A stretch of DNA of 64,000 bases, taken from contig CBDCXR010000004.1 in the NCBI GenBank assembly GCA_965223845.1, forward strand, positions 1,216,001 through 1,280,000, written 5' to 3'. How positions within the stretch are numbered: position 1 is the stretch's first letter; each line of letters starts with the position of its first letter. The notes under the pieces are model-generated. The model ran no database searches. It was given only the letters and a program-made list of their open reading frames with translations, and was not told the origin of the DNA. A program made the translations under genes and the position numbers. Shown one piece after another: positions 43,601-52,642 of this stretch. Source of the stretch: Planctomycetota bacterium. Its GTDB lineage: Bacteria; Planctomycetota; UBA8108; SXIK01.

Positions 43601-44068
43601 GTCCGTGTCTTCGAGCAAGCGAAGGCGATCGTGCGCGACGGCCCATGCCGGGAACGCATCTCCGAGATGCTTCCGCATGAACGCGAGACGGTCGGCCACC
43701 GTCGTCGCGGCGAGATCGTCGTCCAGCCATTCCATGTGGCGGCGGTTGTCCGAGACGCCGGCGAAGTGGCGAAACGTTTCCGCCACGTAGAATCGACCGC
43801 GCTCGTCGATCGTGAACGCAACGGGATTCGCGAGATCGGGTTCGGACGCGGCCAGCTCGACGACGAACTCGGGCGCGACGCGGATGCGCCGAACCGCTAG
43901 CTCGCCTTCAGGCGAGCGCGGATAGATCGTCGGAATGAAATCGTCTTCGGCAACTAAGAACGGAGGTCCGCTCGCGGCGACGCTGAGGACGAGAGCAAAC
44001 GCTGACCGTGCCCTGCGGTGCGGCGAGGTCGCACGCGGCGGTCGAAGTATCGGAGCGAGTGCTGGCAT
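40694..44068 (-). CDS. PVC-type membrane-bound dehydrogenase / heme-binding CxxCH protein (propeller + HEAT repeats + cytochrome c)
   Basis: EPDLANPVAF.IDERGR, GHDLHG, GLRNPQEL, HEAT-like helices, GDAERGREIF..CLRCH..GPEL, SAMPE. Start uncertain (44068 or 44122). Confidence 0.9.
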   Translation of the reverse strand: MPALAPILRPPRATSPHRRARSAFALVLSVAASGPPFLVAEDDFIPTIYPRSPEGELAVRRIRVAPEFVVELAASEPDLANPVAFTIDERGRFYVAETFRHFAGVSDNRRHMEWLDDDLAATTVADRLAFMRKHLGDAFPAWAVAHDRLRLLEDTDADGRLDRSTVFADGFHRAEDGIGAGVLARGDDVWYACIPSLWHLRDQNRDGVADARRELHTGYGVHVAFLGHDLHGLTFGPDGKLYFSVGDRGLHVETGERVIAHPHTGAVLRCHPDGSELEVFATGLRNPQELAFDDLGNLFTGENNSDSGDLARWTYLVEGSDSGWRMSFQYIEWPVSRGPWNSELLWRPHFDGQPAHIVPPILNIADGPAGLTYYPGTGLSERYRGHFFLCDFRGDSAKSGVRSFAVVPRGAGFELVDHHKFLWGALATDVDFGPDGALYISDWVEGWDKPGKGRIYRVRPREANREAESVRQLLARGTDDASSTELATRLEHSDRRVRQAAQFALASRELDALPILERVLASTKPLVARVHALWAIGQMLDRHPELGSVVAGVADDAHGEIRAQALRVLRWGSDPGAREAFRRGLEDALPRVQFFAAQGLARTGDGSDADRVARMLDANRGEDPFLRHAGVMALAGIGERNPKALEAIYSHPAKAVRVAVVVALRRLASPAVRRFVRDRESDVAAEAIRAVHDVPIPSALDSVAAVPLTGAAATGLSESVAHRVLNARFRRGGRENARAIARAANSDDLAETLRREALRMLADWRAPSGRDRVLSLWRPIPPRDGAPAATALEEILPTVLARAPSAVLADAVAAARTVDSPAIAASLRAVLARRGAPGEVRVSALRALAAADSVSTRDRSQIVGDALTDDHGAVRAAALHLFAKGATRDETIAECRRSLLDGDDHVRQAAFEILGSVATPEVDSLIASEVRSLREEKAPRAYALELLETARARAQSVPAIATELESYEAWKAAAGRTATFDDTLIGGDAERGREIFYSKAEVSCLRCHRIGGDGGEVGPELTNVARTRDRRLLLEAIVDPNATIAEGFDSVTLVLDTGEDISGVLQSEDAESIRIVTPERTPRTVFKSRVIDRTKAVSAMPEDLVQFLTRRELRDLVAFLVELK

Positions 44069-44243
44069 CGCAATCGTCAATTGAAAGTCGGGAGAAAGCT
44101 CGGCGGGGGAGGGGCGAGGCACGCCGAAAGACTACGAAGTGTACTCGGTCGGGACCCGTGCGCTACTTTCTTTCGTTTTCCCTCGAAAAGCTTTCACCGA
44201 GTCGTTTCGAACGGGTTACTCTCGAGAGTGCGAGAGGTACTCG

Positions 44244-44852
44244 ATGACTGATCCTACGGAACGGCCGACCGCGGCGGACGACGAGTGCATCGTTCCGCTC
44301 TTCCCGCTGAAGGGAGTGTTTCTCTTCCCCGGCCTCCTTCAGGCGCTCCACATCTTTGAACCGCGCTATCGCCAGATGGTCGAGGACTTACTCGATCGCT
44401 CCGGCTCGTTCGTCATCGGCACGGTGCTCGACGCGACCGACGAAGAGATGATGGAGAATCCGGCGATCGAGCCGGTCGGTGGGCTGGGTCGCATCGAATT
44501 CTATCGCCGCTACGACGACGGGCGGTTCAATGTGCTCGTTCACGGTCTCGCGCGCGTCGAAGTCGCGGAGCTCGAGAGCGACCGGCTCTACCGGAAAGTG
44601 CGCTACACGAAGCTGCCCGAGGTGGGTTGCTCCGACGAAGAGTCGGCGGAGCTCGTACCACGGCTGCGAAAAGCCGTGACGCGCGTCCTCAAGAAGGCGG
44701 CCGAGCTCCCGGATGATCTGTCGGTCTCGCAGCTCGTCGACCTCCTTCTCTTTCAGCTGACGCTCCCCGACAGTGAGCTCCACCAGCTCTACTCGGAACC
44801 CCTCGTCACCGAGCGCGCCCGTGCGGTTCTCGCTCTGCACGGCTATTCCTGA
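44244..44852 (+). CDS. Stand-alone LON peptidase substrate-binding domain protein
   Basis: PLFPL..VFLFPG....LHIFEPRYRQMV, DGRFNVLVHG. Start at ATG 44244. Confidence 0.88.
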   Translation: MTDPTERPTAADDECIVPLFPLKGVFLFPGLLQALHIFEPRYRQMVEDLLDRSGSFVIGTVLDATDEEMMENPAIEPVGGLGRIEFYRRYDDGRFNVLVHGLARVEVAELESDRLYRKVRYTKLPEVGCSDEESAELVPRLRKAVTRVLKKAAELPDDLSVSQLVDLLLFQLTLPDSELHQLYSEPLVTERARAVLALHGYS

Positions 44853-45050
44853 TTGGCTCTGCGACCGCCACCCGAGCGAGGGTGTCTGTGTGGAACTCCG
44901 GCGGGACCGGTGAGGGCATACGATTGCGGCAGTGCGGAGCGTTCGTCGGGCCGACGCAAACTCTGCGCTCGCGGAGACGGGGCCGTTTCGGCTACAACGT
45001 TCCGCCGGACGCACTGAATCGTCACGCGGACTTCCGACGAGGGACGCATC

Positions 45051-45353
45051 ATGCGCGATCGAGAGAGTTCAGACAGAGCACGGGGAACGGGCCGGTCGCG
45101 GCGGCTGACCGTCATTCTTGCGTTGCTCTTCGCGTTCGCTGTATTCATGGCGACCGGACCCGGGCTTCTTCTCGTCAACCCCGACGCAGAAGACCCGAAT
45201 GCGAAGCGGATGTGGGCCGGCGTCCCGATCATTTACGCGTGGGGCATCGCGTGGTTCGCCGTCATGATTTCGGTCCTCGCGTCGTTCTATTTCCTGCGCT
45301 GGCGTCACGCGGCAGATGATGCGGACGGGAGAGGACGAGGCATTCCGGAATGA
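45051..45353 (+). CDS. Small two-TM membrane protein, probable symporter accessory subunit
   Basis: Two hydrophobic segments, GVPIIYAW..W motif, ATGA overlap with the following symporter. Confidence 0.7.
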   Translation: MRDRESSDRARGTGRSRRLTVILALLFAFAVFMATGPGLLLVNPDAEDPNAKRMWAGVPIIYAWGIAWFAVMISVLASFYFLRWRHAADDADGRGRGIPE

Positions 45354-47008
45354 CTCACGTTCTTCTCCAAGCCGCGGGTGACGCCGATGCGCGCGCGGCC
45401 GCGGCGCAGTCGCTGCAAACGGCGGCTCTCGTCGTCCTCGCTCTCTATATCGTTCTCCTCCTCGTGCTCGGAGTCGTGGGGTTTCGAAAAAGTCGTGCGA
45501 GCGAGGAGGACTACTACCTCGCTGGACGCGGTCAAGGCTGGATCGTCACTTCGCTCACGATCATGGCGACGTTCTTCAGCTCCTTCGCTCTCCTCGGCGC
45601 TCCAGGTCTCGTTTACCGCGAGGGCGTCGTGTTTGCGCTCTTTTCGCTGAACGTCCCGCTCGCCGGAGCGATGGTCTATCTCTTCGGTAGTCGTCTCTCG
45701 CGTCTCGGGGCGCGCGGAAGATTCGTGACGCCCGCGGACCTCGTCGCGGATGCCTACGGGAGTCCCGTCGCGCTTCGCCTGCTCGTCGCGGCGGTCTGCG
45801 TGCTCTACGCGATCCCCTACGTCGTCATGCAGATGAATGCCGGTGGGATCGTGTCGGAAGTGCTCTTCCCGGACTCGCCCGCAGCGTTCGACATCGGAGT
45901 GAGCGCGCTCGCCGTCGTGACCGTCGTCTACGTGATGATCGGCGGGATGCGGAGCGTCGCGTGGACCGACGTGATCCAGGGCGCCATGCTCCTCGCCGGA
46001 ATGCTCCTCGCCGGTGCGGCGACGGTCTGGGCGCTCGGCGGCGTCGGTTCGTTCCTCGATCGAGTCGCGGAGCTGCCGCCGCGGTCGCTCTCTGCTCCGG
46101 GGACGACGGGGAGTTGGCCCGTCTCGAAGCTCTTTACGGTCTGCACCGTCGCGGCGTGCGGCTCGATGCTCCAACCCGCGCAGTGGATGCGCTACTACGC
46201 GGCGCGTTCGTCGCGTACGCTCGCGCGGAGCGCGCTGATCTTCGGCACCGTTCTCCCCGCGTGTTTCCTTTTCGGTGTCATGCTCGTCGGGCTCGGAGGA
46301 CAGGCGCTTTATCCGCTCGTCGACGCCACGGGAGCGTACCGCCTCGACGAGGCCGGACGAGTCCTCCCCCATCCCGAGATCGGCGCTGCGGCGCGCGACT
46401 TCGACAACATCCTTGTCGTCGTCCTCACGCGCTATCTCCCCGAGATGATGGGATCGCTCGGCATCGCGCTCGCCGCGATCGTCGTCGTCGCGATCATGGC
46501 GGCCTCGATGAGCACCGCGGACAGCAATCTCCACGCGCTGAGCGCGGTGTTCACGCGCGACGTCTACGATCGGTTCCTTCGGCCTTCGGCAACCGAACGC
46601 GAACGAACGTGGGTCGGGCGCGCTGCGATCGTCGTCGTCACGGCGGGGGCGGTCGGGCTCATCTACGCGAATCGCCTGGTCGAAGGATTCAATCCGCTCG
46701 CACTCATCGCGCAGATGGGACTCCTCGCGATCGCATTCTCGACGCAGCTCCTACCGGTGACGATCGATCTCCTCTTTGTCCGAAAGGGGACGCGAGCCGG
46801 GGCGATCGCCGGGCTCACCGTCGGCATCGCCGTCGTTCTCCTGTTCACCCCGCTCGCTCCGGACGCGGTCGCACCGTGGACGAAAACCATCGGCCGGACG
46901 GTGGACACGGGTGCGTTCGCGCTCGCGTTCAACCTCGGGGTGTTCGCCGCGGTCAGCGCGCTGGGGAGCCGAAGTCGACGACTAGGCAATGATGTCCGGA
47001 ATGCGTAG
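45350..47008 (+). CDS. Sodium:solute symporter family protein
   Basis: DYYLAGR, SSFALLGAPG, TPAD, YVMIGGMRSVAWTDVIQG, AASMSTADS. Confidence 0.92.
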   Translation: MTHVLLQAAGDADARAAAAQSLQTAALVVLALYIVLLLVLGVVGFRKSRASEEDYYLAGRGQGWIVTSLTIMATFFSSFALLGAPGLVYREGVVFALFSLNVPLAGAMVYLFGSRLSRLGARGRFVTPADLVADAYGSPVALRLLVAAVCVLYAIPYVVMQMNAGGIVSEVLFPDSPAAFDIGVSALAVVTVVYVMIGGMRSVAWTDVIQGAMLLAGMLLAGAATVWALGGVGSFLDRVAELPPRSLSAPGTTGSWPVSKLFTVCTVAACGSMLQPAQWMRYYAARSSRTLARSALIFGTVLPACFLFGVMLVGLGGQALYPLVDATGAYRLDEAGRVLPHPEIGAAARDFDNILVVVLTRYLPEMMGSLGIALAAIVVVAIMAASMSTADSNLHALSAVFTRDVYDRFLRPSATERERTWVGRAAIVVVTAGAVGLIYANRLVEGFNPLALIAQMGLLAIAFSTQLLPVTIDLLFVRKGTRAGAIAGLTVGIAVVLLFTPLAPDAVAPWTKTIGRTVDTGAFALAFNLGVFAAVSALGSRSRRLGNDVRNA

Positions 47009-47151
47009 TCGAACGGAGCAGGGGCCCCGGAGCTGACGCGCCGTCACCCTCGCGCGGACGGCCCTAGTCTCTTCGGCCGTCAAGCGATCGACGGAGAGAG
47101 CCTGCTCGGCCCCGATCGAAACTGATTCCTTCGGACGCGCGCCGAGACAAT

Positions 47152-48222
47152 TCACTCGATCCGTCCGCCGCCGAGGCACCACTCGCCGTCGTAAAACACC
47201 GCGAACTGTCCCGGGGCGACGCCGCGATCGCCTTCGCCTAGGAGCCGGACTTGGAGACTTGTCCCGGCGGCACTCGTGCCCGACATCTCCGAGAGCTCGC
47301 AATCGTAGAGCACCTCGGAGTGGCGGAGCTTCGCGCGAAGGCGACGCGTAGCAGGGGGGCCGCTGATCCAGTGAATGTCGGCGACGTTGAACTCGCGGCG
47401 GTTGTACTCGTCGATCGCCTTCGAGTGCGCGACGTAGACCATGTTCTTCGCCGGATCTTTTGCGACGACGTACCAGGGCCCGCCTGAGAGGCCGAGTCCC
47501 TTTCGCTGTCCAATCGTGTGAAACCAGTATCCCTCGTGACGGCCGAGCTCGCGCCCACTCACGTGTTCGACGATCGCACCTTCGCGTTCGCCGAGGTGAT
47601 GCTTCACGAAATCGCCGTAGTGGATCTTGCCGAGAAAGCAGATGCCCTGGCTGTCGGGTCGCGCTCGATTCGGCAGTGCGAAGCGCTCGGCGAGCGCGCG
47701 GACTTCCGCCTTTCTCAGGTGGCCGATCGGGAAGAGCGAGCGCTCGAGTTGAGCGTGACTGAGGTGGGAGAGAAAGTACGTCTGGTCCTTGATGGGGTCG
47801 ACACCGCGGAGGAGTCGGACGATCTCCCCGTCGCGCTCGACCCGGGCGTAGTGGCCCGTCGCAACCCGCTCGAATTCGCTTCCGATCGAGTCTGAGAACG
47901 CGCCGAACTTGATGCGTTGGTTGCAGAAGATATCGGGACTCGGCGTGTGCCCCGCTTCGAGCTCGGCGAGAGCGTACGCGACGACACGATCGTAGTACTC
48001 CCGCTGGAGCGGGACGATCTCGAGCGGCACTCCCGCGCTCTCGGAGACCGCACGCGCGTAGCGAAGATCGTCCTCCCACGGGCAATCGCCGAGGAACGCG
48101 ACGTCCTCCTCGAGCCAGATCTTGAGATAGAACGCCGTTAGCTCGTTCTCGCCCTCGGCCGCGAGAAGGCGGAGAGCGACGGAGCTGTCGACCCCACCGG
48201 ATAGGAGAACTGCGATGCGCAT
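47152..48222 (-). CDS. mnmA: tRNA 2-thiouridine(34) synthase
   Basis: SGGVDS, PDIFCN, ATGHYA, KDQTYFL, DSQGICF, TIGQRKGL, APGQ. Confidence 0.97.
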   Translation of the reverse strand: MRIAVLLSGGVDSSVALRLLAAEGENELTAFYLKIWLEEDVAFLGDCPWEDDLRYARAVSESAGVPLEIVPLQREYYDRVVAYALAELEAGHTPSPDIFCNQRIKFGAFSDSIGSEFERVATGHYARVERDGEIVRLLRGVDPIKDQTYFLSHLSHAQLERSLFPIGHLRKAEVRALAERFALPNRARPDSQGICFLGKIHYGDFVKHHLGEREGAIVEHVSGRELGRHEGYWFHTIGQRKGLGLSGGPWYVVAKDPAKNMVYVAHSKAIDEYNRREFNVADIHWISGPPATRRLRAKLRHSEVLYDCELSEMSGTSAAGTSLQVRLLGEGDRGVAPGQFAVFYDGEWCLGGGRIE

Positions 48223-48238
48223 CGCGCGCGTTCCGGGC

Positions 48239-51200
48239 TCAGCGGGCCGTGCGCGCGCCGGCGACTTCGGCCCGGCGCTTCACGTGTAAGAGGACGGGGC
48301 GCGAAGTCTGTGCCCCCGCTTCATTCGTCACTGCGTGACACAGCCGGCTCGTCTCCGGCACCCAGTCGTACGCGGTGAGAAAGATCTCGCGTTCGTTGAC
48401 ATTCGGAGGCATGAGAACGCCGTTGAGGCCGATGTTGTCGACGATCACTCCGTGAGGGAGATTGTCGACTCGAAACGTGATTCGATTCTTGTGACTTCGA
48501 CGCTCGACGCGAAGGAGAGCGCGGATGGTCTCGCCGGGCGCGATCGTGAGCTCGACCGGACGGGGATCGAACGTCTTTCGCGGGCGCCCGCGCGCCGAGA
48601 CGCGGAAGCAGCCGACGTTGTGGGAGGTGGCTCCCGAGTGCTGCTCGAGCGTTAGCTTGAGCGCTCCGTCCGCGGCGAGCTCGAGCGGTTTGGCGAGCTC
48701 GAGCGTCGCGGCGTGCGACGGATCGCCGTCGCTATTCTTCGGAACGATGTAGCCCTTGTCGGTGCGCCGCGCGATCGCCCAGCCGGTCTTCGCGTCGTCA
48801 TCGATGAGCGCCGCGGGTGAAAAACCGGACTGCGTGAAGTCCGCACTCGCCGCCTTGAAGACGAGTCGCTTGATGGACGCCGGATTCGAGCGCGGAGCCG
48901 CCGACGCGCCGATCCGCGTGATGACGAGGTTGCCGTTGTCGGCGCGTCCCGGTCCGTTCGCCGGGAGGCTGGGATCGGAGAGAACCTCGAGACGAAGCGC
49001 GTCGATCTCCTCGAGATCGGCGTCGTACGTGATCGTATAGGTCTCGGTGAGCGGATTGGAGCCGGAAGCGAGCAGAGCGCCGTCCGCGCGCGGCGTGAGC
49101 ACGGTCCCGCTATCCGCGATGAACTGGCGCGGCCGGAGCGCGATCCAGGTCGGCGCGGGATCCGCCTCGACCGAGTCGACGTCCTGAAGATCGACGAGCA
49201 GCGCAGGGGGATCCGCGATCTTGACGGACCCGAGAGTCCCGACCACGCGCGAGACCTCCTCGCCGCCGATCCTTGCGGTCGCGGTGAGACGAAGAACGTC
49301 GTCCCTCGCGTCGACCGCTGTCGCGTCCGGAGTCGCGAAGATCGTCCCTTGTGCGGACATCTGGTCCGCCTGTATTTCGATCGGCGTCGAAACGACCATC
49401 CCGGGAGGAACACCGTCGATTTCGATTCGGATGGGTCCCTCGTACCCGTCTTTTCGATCGACGCTCACCGTGAACCCGCGGCCGCTGCCGCGCGGAACGC
49501 TCGCGTCCCTGCCGCCAATTCGGACGGCGAAGTCAGGGCGAGCAGGACGGACGACGAGCCGATAGGTGTGGCGCGGGCTCTGCTCGCCGGTGACGCTCGT
49601 CACTCGCACGCAGTACTCGCCCGTCGCGGGCGCGGTGAAGTAGAGGCGCGAATCGCTGCCGATCGTGCGCCGGCCGGCGTCATCGTTTTCGTAGTGGATG
49701 AGGAACGTCGGGAGTCCGTTCGGCGAGAGACGAGCGCCGGGCGGATGCGGGTCGACGATGTAGCCGTTCTCTTGGAGCGGATGCGCGGTTGCCGTCGTGC
49801 CGAAATACGCCCGGCGCTTTCCCGCTGACGTATAAAAGATCATGTCAGAATCGGGACCTTGAGGCATGCGGAAGAGACGGCACACATCCCCTTGGAGATA
49901 GAGATACTGGTCGAGCGTCATCTCTTCCCAGTTGTCGAGACGCGCACCGCTCTGATCGGAGTTGATCGGGCGAAAGTTGATGCTGGTGTCGCGAACCGCT
50001 CGGAGGAGCACACGCGGAACCGGTACTCCGGCAGCGTCGAGGATCTCGATCTTCGTATCGAGCGGCGAACGCCTTCGCGCCGCGTCGGTCTCGACGAGAT
50101 AGACCGTTCCCGCCTCCGCGGTGAACCGATGGAGATCGACGTCGATGCCCGTTCCGCTCGCTGCGATGCGTCCCGAGACGACGACCGGCACCGAAACCGC
50201 CCCGGCTTTGCTCGCCTCGTCGTTCGGCTCCGTTTCGACGATCTCGAGTTCGGAGGTCGCCTCGACGCGAATCGCGCCCCGCGAGCGAAATCCGGGCGGA
50301 AGCGAGACATCGATCTCTCCCGCCTGGGCTCGTTCGACCTCGATGGGCTCTGCGTCCCCGATGTTGAATCCGACGAGCTCGACGGTCGACTTCCGTCCGG
50401 CGCTCACGCTCAGCGGGAACGTCCCCGTCACGTACGCAAACGTCCCGACGTCGACGCGGTACTCGAATTCGGGGGTACCGCGGAGCTGAAGGTCGTAGAG
50501 GCGGGCGCGATACACACCGTCCGCCGGAAGCTCGTAGGCCGCAATGGGATCCCGGCCGCGACCGGGGACGTCGTTCACGCGGGCGAGGATGCGGCCGTCG
50601 GCGTCGAGGAGATCGAGAACGAGGTCCGCCTTGGCGCCGATCCCTTCGGAGGCGACGTCGAAGACGACCATCTCGCCCGCCCTGCCGCGAAACGCGTAGG
50701 TGTCGACATCGCCCGCCTCCGAGAGCGAGCCCCAGACGCTGCGGCCGTCGTCGATCGCGAGCACGTCCCCCGCATCGGCGAGCTGATCCTCGTAGACGTG
50801 GGGGAGGTCACCGACGAAGAAGGCCACCTTTTCACTGTCGCCACCGGGTCCGACGAGAGAGAGCTCGTACCGACCCGGTGCGAGGTCGGCGGACGGCCGG
50901 AGGGTGATCTGCTCGCGTTCGCCCTCGGTGATGCTCGCCTCGATCTTGCCCGTGCCGTGAATGCGGACTTCGCGCGCCCCAGCTAGATTCTTGCCGACGA
51001 GCCGGATCGAAGTCTCGCGGCCCCGTTCGACGCCCTGCGGCGACACCCGCACGAGCTCGGGCTTCGCCGGCTTTCCGTCGCCCTTCTTCTTCCCCGGAGC
51101 CTCGTCCGCTCCGTCCTCGAGGAGGGCCAATGCCAAGAAGACTGTGCGAGCGAGGAATGTCGCGGTCGATGGCGACGCCCCACGCGCTACGCGGACTGCA

Positions 51201-52600
51201 GTCCCGAGGGGGAGCGAGTACACCGCGACCGTGCCGTCGATGCGAGCGACGACCGCGCGCATCGAATCGGGGGAAACCGCGACCGCGACCGGCCAATCGG
51301 GCTGAGGCTCGAGGACGAGGCGCGGCGCGACGGTCCCCGCGGACCACACTTTCACGGAGCGATCGTCGGCCGCGGACACGATCGATCTGCCGTCGGGTGA
51401 GTAGCGGAGATCGAGAATCGCTCCTTCGTGCGCGAAGCGAGAATGAAGGAGTCGATTCGTTCCCTCCCTCGCGTCCGGTCCGAGCTCCCACACCCGGATC
51501 CGACGGTCGACGCCGCCCGCGATGAGGCGCGAGCCGTCCGGACTGAACGCGACCGCGTAGAGATCCTTGGTCGATTCGCTGAGCGTCTCGATGCGATCTC
51601 CGCTCTCCGGCCGCCACAACTTGACGGTCCGATCACCGCTCGCGCTCGCGAGGATGTCGCCGCCGAGACGGAACGCGAGATCGAACACCGGTCCTTCGTG
51701 ACCGCGCGGCGATCGCATGCCGACGCCGCTTGTGGTGTCCCAAATGCGAATCGATCCGTCGTAACTCGCGGTCGCGAGCACGCCACGGCCTCCGAGCGCC
51801 ACGGCGGTGATCGCATCACCGTGACCGGCGAATCGCGCGTCACCGCGAAACTCGTGAAGGAGCGCCCCGCTCCTCACATCGAAGAGGCGCGCGATGCCGC
51901 GCCGCCCGGGTTCGCCCCCGCCGGCGGCGAGGGTCGCGCCGTTTGCCGAAAACTCGACGTCCATCACCGCTCCGGGTGGACCGTCGAGGCGCGCGACGAC
52001 TTCTCTCCGCTCCGCACTGTAAAGCTCGACGAAGCCGTAGCGCCCGAGGGCGATGGTCACTCCGTCCGGTGAGTACGCGACGGAGTGGATCGGCCGGCGC
52101 GGCTCGCCGACGACAGGAATGTGCGGCACGTCGAGCGGGCTCCGCCTGCCCGGGGCTCGCGGCCCGGGTGCGCCATCGTCGATCCAGCGGCGGAGCAGAG
52201 CCACCTGCTCGGCTGAGAGGGGCCGACGTCGCCCCGGCGGCATGTACGGCTTCTCGAGGCGCGCGACGACGCGGTAGAGGAGACTCGACTCTCCGCGGCC
52301 CGGGATGATCGAGGGGCCGCTCTCGCCGCCGCGGCGAAGATCTTCGTACGTCTCGAGGCTGAGTCCGCCGTCGCGATCCTCATCGTTGTGACAGCTCGTG
52401 CACGAACGCGCGAGGATGGGGGCGACGGCATCGTCGTACGCGCTCGGCGATGCTTTTACCGAAGAGTCGTCCGTCGGTGCCTGCGCACGGACACGAGTCG
52501 TCGAGCAGAGCGCGACGCCGAGAAACGCCGCAAGGCCGCAGCAGATCGCGATACGGTCGCGCAGGAGTTCGCCGCAGAGTGGACGGAGCGATCGGGTCAT
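48239..52600 (-). CDS. Planctomycete cytochrome c + WD40 + PPC/Ig-like multidomain protein
   Basis: CTSCH/MPP cytochrome domain, WD40 repeats (GH..AV..A..S.D.TVKLW), PPC-like domains (GDVDTYAF, ETEPND, LDTKIEILD). Confidence 0.88.
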   Translation of the reverse strand: MTRSLRPLCGELLRDRIAICCGLAAFLGVALCSTTRVRAQAPTDDSSVKASPSAYDDAVAPILARSCTSCHNDEDRDGGLSLETYEDLRRGGESGPSIIPGRGESSLLYRVVARLEKPYMPPGRRRPLSAEQVALLRRWIDDGAPGPRAPGRRSPLDVPHIPVVGEPRRPIHSVAYSPDGVTIALGRYGFVELYSAERREVVARLDGPPGAVMDVEFSANGATLAAGGGEPGRRGIARLFDVRSGALLHEFRGDARFAGHGDAITAVALGGRGVLATASYDGSIRIWDTTSGVGMRSPRGHEGPVFDLAFRLGGDILASASGDRTVKLWRPESGDRIETLSESTKDLYAVAFSPDGSRLIAGGVDRRIRVWELGPDAREGTNRLLHSRFAHEGAILDLRYSPDGRSIVSAADDRSVKVWSAGTVAPRLVLEPQPDWPVAVAVSPDSMRAVVARIDGTVAVYSLPLGTAVRVARGASPSTATFLARTVFLALALLEDGADEAPGKKKGDGKPAKPELVRVSPQGVERGRETSIRLVGKNLAGAREVRIHGTGKIEASITEGEREQITLRPSADLAPGRYELSLVGPGGDSEKVAFFVGDLPHVYEDQLADAGDVLAIDDGRSVWGSLSEAGDVDTYAFRGRAGEMVVFDVASEGIGAKADLVLDLLDADGRILARVNDVPGRGRDPIAAYELPADGVYRARLYDLQLRGTPEFEYRVDVGTFAYVTGTFPLSVSAGRKSTVELVGFNIGDAEPIEVERAQAGEIDVSLPPGFRSRGAIRVEATSELEIVETEPNDEASKAGAVSVPVVVSGRIAASGTGIDVDLHRFTAEAGTVYLVETDAARRRSPLDTKIEILDAAGVPVPRVLLRAVRDTSINFRPINSDQSGARLDNWEEMTLDQYLYLQGDVCRLFRMPQGPDSDMIFYTSAGKRRAYFGTTATAHPLQENGYIVDPHPPGARLSPNGLPTFLIHYENDDAGRRTIGSDSRLYFTAPATGEYCVRVTSVTGEQSPRHTYRLVVRPARPDFAVRIGGRDASVPRGSGRGFTVSVDRKDGYEGPIRIEIDGVPPGMVVSTPIEIQADQMSAQGTIFATPDATAVDARDDVLRLTATARIGGEEVSRVVGTLGSVKIADPPALLVDLQDVDSVEADPAPTWIALRPRQFIADSGTVLTPRADGALLASGSNPLTETYTITYDADLEEIDALRLEVLSDPSLPANGPGRADNGNLVITRIGASAAPRSNPASIKRLVFKAASADFTQSGFSPAALIDDDAKTGWAIARRTDKGYIVPKNSDGDPSHAATLELAKPLELAADGALKLTLEQHSGATSHNVGCFRVSARGRPRKTFDPRPVELTIAPGETIRALLRVERRSHKNRITFRVDNLPHGVIVDNIGLNGVLMPPNVNEREIFLTAYDWVPETSRLCHAVTNEAGAQTSRPVLLHVKRRAEVAGARTAR

Positions 52601-52642
52601 GGTCGATTCGGTCGACGCTCGCGGGCAGCGTCGGGCTCAAGC

